Source: Verrucomicrobiota bacterium
GTDB lineage: Bacteria; Verrucomicrobiota; Verrucomicrobiia; Limisphaerales; Palsa-1400
Assembly (NCBI GenBank): GCA_049510745.1
Contig: JBEKYR010000003.1
Location: 96,001 to 160,000, forward strand
Direction of reading: 5' to 3'
Length of the DNA: 64,000 bases
The position numbers were made by a program, and so were the translations under genes. How positions within the stretch are numbered: position 1 is the first letter of the stretch; every line of letters starts with the position of its first letter. Shown here piece after piece: positions 59,865-64,000 of this stretch. Under the pieces are notes generated by a model that was not told the DNA's origin, searched no databases, and was given only the letters and a program-made list of their open reading frames with translations.

Positions 59865-60998
59865 ATGAAAGTACCCTTCTTGGACCTGGGCGCGCATCAT
59901 CAACCCATTCGCGAGCAATTGGACGCCGCGATTCGTGACGTGATCGACGCCAGCGCCTTTGCCGGCGGGCCGTTCGTGGCCGCTTTCGAGCGCGACTTCG
60001 CGCGCTATTGCGGGACCAGCCATGCCATCGGCGTCGGCACCGGCACGGATGCGCTCTGGCTCAGTCTCCTGGCGCTGGAGGTTGGCCCCGGAGATGAAGT
60101 CATCACGGTGCCCAGCACTTTCATGGCCACGGCCGAAGCCATCAGCTACTGCGGCGCGCGGCCCAAGTTTGTCGATATCGACGAACAGACTTACACCCTG
60201 GACCCGGCCTTGCTGGAACGCGCCATTACGCCGCGGACCAAGGCCATCATCCCCGTCCATCTGTTCGGCCAATGCGCCGACATGGACCCAATCCGGGAGA
60301 TTGCCGGCCGGCACGGGATTCCGGTGGTGGAGGATGCCTGCCAGGCGCACGGCGCTCTCTACAAAGGCCGGAAGGCCGGCAGCATGGGCGTGGCGGGATG
60401 TTTCAGCTTTTATCCGGGCAAAAACCTCGGCGCGCTCGGCGAAGCCGGCGGCGTCAACACCAATGACAAGGAGTTGGCCGAAAAAATCCGCGTGCTGCGC
60501 GATCACGGCCAGCACAAGAAGTATTATCATTCGAAGGTGGGCTGGAACGCCAGAATGGATGGCATCCAGGGGGCGGTCCTGGGCGTCAAACTCAAGCAAT
60601 TGGAAGCGTCCAATGCCCGGAGGCACGCGCATGCTTTGCTTTACGACCAGCTTTTGGGCGACATGCCGGAAATCATCACGCCCTTCGAGGCGCCGCACAA
60701 CCGGCACGTTTACCACATTTATGCCGTGCGCGTGAAGGAGCGCGATCAAGTCCTCCAAGCCATGGCCGACCAGGGCATCTCCTGCGCGATCCATTACCCC
60801 ATCCCGGTTCACTTGCAGGAAGCCTACCGCTTTCTGGGCTGCGACCAAGGCTCATTTCCCGTGGCGGAGCGGTGCGCGGAGGAATTTCTCTCCCTGCCGA
60901 TGTTCCCGGAATTGACCAAAGAGCAGATTCACGCCGTGGCCGGCGCACTCCAGTCCTGCCTCAGCGGCAGGAAACCCTGCAATAGGTGCCTGAAGTGA
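59865..60998 (+). CDS. DegT/DnrJ/EryC1/StrS aminotransferase
   Basis: GTDAL, PVHLFGQ, EDACQAHG, FSFYPGKNLGALGE, IHYPIP. Confidence 0.95.
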   Translation: MKVPFLDLGAHHQPIREQLDAAIRDVIDASAFAGGPFVAAFERDFARYCGTSHAIGVGTGTDALWLSLLALEVGPGDEVITVPSTFMATAEAISYCGARPKFVDIDEQTYTLDPALLERAITPRTKAIIPVHLFGQCADMDPIREIAGRHGIPVVEDACQAHGALYKGRKAGSMGVAGCFSFYPGKNLGALGEAGGVNTNDKELAEKIRVLRDHGQHKKYYHSKVGWNARMDGIQGAVLGVKLKQLEASNARRHAHALLYDQLLGDMPEIITPFEAPHNRHVYHIYAVRVKERDQVLQAMADQGISCAIHYPIPVHLQEAYRFLGCDQGSFPVAERCAEEFLSLPMFPELTKEQIHAVAGALQSCLSGRKPCNRCLK

Positions 60999-62083
60999 TG
61001 CCCGTCAACGCGCCAGCAGCCGCCTGCGTCTCCGATAAAAACGAAAACGCCGCCCCAACGGTGGTGGATCCGTTGCAGTACCCGGATTGGGATTCGCTTT
61101 TGGCGGCGCATCCGCAAAGCTCTCTTTTCCACGGCTCGGCTTGGGCGCGGGTTTTGCGCGATACTTACGGCCACCAGCCGTTCTACGTGGCCCAATTCGA
61201 GGGAAAGCGCCTGGCCGGGCTGCTGCCGCTCCTGGAAGTGTCCAGCCGCCTCACGGGCCGCCGCGGTGTCTCGCTTCCTTTTACAGATTCCTGTTTTTCA
61301 CTCCACGGGGAAGGCTCCGATGGCCGGGCGCTCTATCAAACAGCCCTGGCCACGGGCCGAAGCCGCCGTTGGAAATACCTGGAATGCCGCGGCTGGGATG
61401 CGGCCTGGGAAGGCTCTTCGCCATCGCTCGCCTTTTACAGCCATGCGATTGACCTCCGGGTCGGGCCAGACCAGCTCTTCCGCGGTTTCGACGGCCCCAT
61501 CCGCCGCGGGGTGCGCAAGGCCCAGGAGGGCGGTTTGCGCGTCGATTTTGACTCGGGGATGGACGCGATGCGGACGTATTATGCGCTGCATTGCGGGACG
61601 CGGCGCCGTCATGGCCTGCCGCCGCAGCCGTTGCGGTTCTTCCAGAATATCCAGCGGCACGTGATGGAATCGGGGCAGGGATTTGTCGCCACGGCGCGGT
61701 TGGGGAAACAGCCGCTGGCCGCGGCGGTTTTTTTTTGGCACGGGCGCCAGGCGCTCTACAAGTACGGGGCCTCGGATTACGCCTTCCAACAGTTGCGGCC
61801 GAACAATCTGTTGATGTGGTCGGCCATCCAGCATTGCGCGGAACGGGGGCTGCGCTCATTGAACCTGGGACGGACTTCGCTGTCCAACGAGGGACTGCGG
61901 CGCTTTAAGCTGGGACTCGGAGCGGTGGAAGAGAAACTTCAGTACGCCAAATATGACTTTGCCTCGAAACAATTTGTCACGGACGTCGATCGTGTGGAAG
62001 GATGGTTCAACCGTGTGTTCGCCGCTCTGCCGTTGCCGCTGCTGCGGCTGGCGGGCGCGATCCTTTACCCTCAACTCTCTTAA
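60986..62083 (+). CDS. FemAB-related GNAT protein (EPS-associated)
   Basis: WARVLRDTYG, SLPFTD, RRGVRKA, RPNNLLMW, LGRTS, GLRRFK. Confidence 0.85.
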   Translation: MPEVMPVNAPAAACVSDKNENAAPTVVDPLQYPDWDSLLAAHPQSSLFHGSAWARVLRDTYGHQPFYVAQFEGKRLAGLLPLLEVSSRLTGRRGVSLPFTDSCFSLHGEGSDGRALYQTALATGRSRRWKYLECRGWDAAWEGSSPSLAFYSHAIDLRVGPDQLFRGFDGPIRRGVRKAQEGGLRVDFDSGMDAMRTYYALHCGTRRRHGLPPQPLRFFQNIQRHVMESGQGFVATARLGKQPLAAAVFFWHGRQALYKYGASDYAFQQLRPNNLLMWSAIQHCAERGLRSLNLGRTSLSNEGLRRFKLGLGAVEEKLQYAKYDFASKQFVTDVDRVEGWFNRVFAALPLPLLRLAGAILYPQLS

Positions 62084-62109
62084 GCCGAATCGGGTGAAAT
62101 GATAAAACT

Positions 62110-64000
62110 ATGAATATGAAACAGCCATTGCCGTTGCCGCCGCCCGGGATCACGGTGCGGGACGTTTATTATGTTCTCTTTAGGCACAAGTGGATGATCG
62201 CGGCGCTTTCGCTCCTGGCGGTGGCGGCGGCCATCGCCGTCCGCTTTGCCTGGCCGGTGCCGTACCAATCCGAAGCCAAGCTGCTGATCAAATGGGTGAC
62301 GGACACCCGCGCTCCCGGCCAGATGTCATCTGACGTGAAATCCATGAGTCCGGACGAACGGGGAGCCAATATCATCACCTCCGAACTGGAGATTCTGACC
62401 AGCCAGGATGTGATTACACAGGTGGTGGACGTGATTGGCGCTTCAAACCTCCTGGCCCGTTTGGGCGGAGGTTCCAACGCCATGTCCGCAGCCGTGTATA
62501 TCCGCCTTCACTTGCTTCCCGAAGTCCCAAAAGGAAGCGATGTCATTACCCTCACCTTCTCTCATCCCGACCCGGCGATGCCGCAGCAGGTCCTCAGCCG
62601 TGTGATCGAGGCCTACTTGAAGAAGCACAACGAAATTCACCGCCCCGAATTCAGCGATTTCCTTCGCGGAGAGATTGACCAGGTCAAGGGGAACCTGACC
62701 GAGACGGAAAAGCAGTTGCATGCGGCTAAAGAGAACGCGAACATCATCTCACTGGAAGACAGCGAGAAACAGGCCGGCGAAGAAACCGCCCGAATCGAAA
62801 GGGAGATTCGCGAAACCGAGGCGGAGTCGGCTGCGGAACAAAGCATGATCAAGGATCGGGAGAGAATCCTGGCCTTGGCGATGTCCCCCCGGAGCGCGGC
62901 TAACGCGCCGGCTTTGACCAACCGGGAGCTGCCGGTTTCTCCCGCTGTCGTCGCGCAATATCAGCGGAATAGCGCCTTGCTGGTCAGCTTGCGCACCAAG
63001 GAACAAGAACTCCTGAACATCTACACCACCAATAATGTTCTGGTGCAATCAACTCAGTCTCAGATCGCCCAGACGGAGGCAACATGCAAACAGATGGAGG
63101 AGCAAAACCCCTCCTTGCTGGCCGTCCGGCCGGCGGCCGGACCCGTGACCGCGGCCCCTGGCCCGGCGGGGCCGGACCCCAGAATCTTGCTCAACGAGGA
63201 GATTTTCAGGGCGGATGCCCTGACGGTGAAATATCAGGTTCTGACCAATCAATTGGCCCAGGAAAGGGCCAAGTCCGCCAGCATCAGTGGTTCGGAGGGG
63301 ACGATCATCGAATTGCAGCGAAACAAGGAGGTTTATGAGAAGCAACTGGCCTACTATCGGGGACGCCTGGAAGAGGCGCGGGCAGACCAAGCCATCGGCC
63401 CCGGCAATTCCAGCATCAGCTCAGTCGAATCGCCCACGGGGGTTTCTCAAGACCTGAAGAAACTTACCAAAGCCAGCATCGGAATCCTTTTGGGCGGTCT
63501 GGCGCTCGCCTGGGCCTTGCCGTTCCTGATTGAATTCTATTTCGACCAGTCCTTCAAGCGCGCCTCCGATGTTCAGGGCAAGCTCGGCGTGCCTTCTTTC
63601 ATCATCTTTCCCAAGCTCGCCGGCAACGGCAAATTCCGCTCCCTCAAAGGAGCCAAAGAAGTTCCGCTCCTGCCCGCCGGCGGCAGTCCGGCCCCGGCCA
63701 ACGAACCGGAGAAAGCGGCGGCTGCGCCGGCCAATGGCGCCATCACCCCCTGGGACGACCAACACGCCTTGCGGCCGTTTTTTGAAACCTTGCGCGACCG
63801 TCTGATGACTTACTTTGAAATGATCAATCTGACGCACAAGCCCAAACTGGTCGCCGTCACCAGTTGCAGCCACAACGCCGGCGTGACCACCACCGCGGCG
63901 GGCCTGGCCTCCTCCCTCTCCGAAACCGGCGATGGCAACGTCCTGTTGGTCGATATGAATGTGCGGGACGGCGAAGCCCACCATTTTTACAAGGGCAAAC
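62110..64000 (+). CDS. Wzc/GumC-like polysaccharide chain-length regulator (partial, runs off the window)
   Basis: Absent from the ORF track (no stop in window). Frame from ATG 62110: VRDVYYVLFRHKW, TM, YQSEAKL, SELEILTS, coiled coil, second TM, then LVAVTSCSHNAGVTT...VLLVDMN. Confidence 0.9.
   Translation, partial: MNMKQPLPLPPPGITVRDVYYVLFRHKWMIAALSLLAVAAAIAVRFAWPVPYQSEAKLLIKWVTDTRAPGQMSSDVKSMSPDERGANIITSELEILTSQDVITQVVDVIGASNLLARLGGGSNAMSAAVYIRLHLLPEVPKGSDVITLTFSHPDPAMPQQVLSRVIEAYLKKHNEIHRPEFSDFLRGEIDQVKGNLTETEKQLHAAKENANIISLEDSEKQAGEETARIEREIRETEAESAAEQSMIKDRERILALAMSPRSAANAPALTNRELPVSPAVVAQYQRNSALLVSLRTKEQELLNIYTTNNVLVQSTQSQIAQTEATCKQMEEQNPSLLAVRPAAGPVTAAPGPAGPDPRILLNEEIFRADALTVKYQVLTNQLAQERAKSASISGSEGTIIELQRNKEVYEKQLAYYRGRLEEARADQAIGPGNSSISSVESPTGVSQDLKKLTKASIGILLGGLALAWALPFLIEFYFDQSFKRASDVQGKLGVPSFIIFPKLAGNGKFRSLKGAKEVPLLPAGGSPAPANEPEKAAAAPANGAITPWDDQHALRPFFETLRDRLMTYFEMINLTHKPKLVAVTSCSHNAGVTTTAAGLASSLSETGDGNVLLVDMNVRDGEAHHFYKGK

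Overview
High-GC bacterial chromosomal window. Gene style (prepilin H-X9-DG protein, C-terminal 'F[YF]R' domains, purSQL) suggests Verrucomicrobiota, probably Pedosphaerales/Limisphaerales; this is an inference. 1-4.3 kb: NarL-type two-component pair and two secreted clan-A glycoside hydrolases. 4.4-10.4 kb: operon of a TPR protein, kinase, OmpR regulator and NatAB-like ABC exporter. 10.4-30.9 kb: mostly housekeeping (RluA-methyltransferase fusion, der, gmd, purSQL, hisC), a repeat-rich intergenic element, and a lower-GC islet with a TA pair and a membrane-anchored Mrr nuclease. 31-56 kb, the most interesting part: an envelope cluster with ExbB, two ExbD, TonB, AraC, TpsB, prepilin, TpsA, a PstS-like protein, secreted proteins and a putative porin. 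It resembles the phosphate-starvation PUMA3/PdtAB locus of Pseudomonas. Several of its promoters carry 11-bp-phased PhoB/OmpR-type direct repeats, and an arsenic operon and an S74 fibre plus small partner gene sit inside it. 56-64 kb: start of an RfaH/NusG-led exopolysaccharide locus whose Wzc-like protein has a degenerate Walker A. No rRNA, tRNA, CRISPR array, intact transposase or reverse transcriptase was recognised. All calls come from motif recognition by eye; no searches were run.
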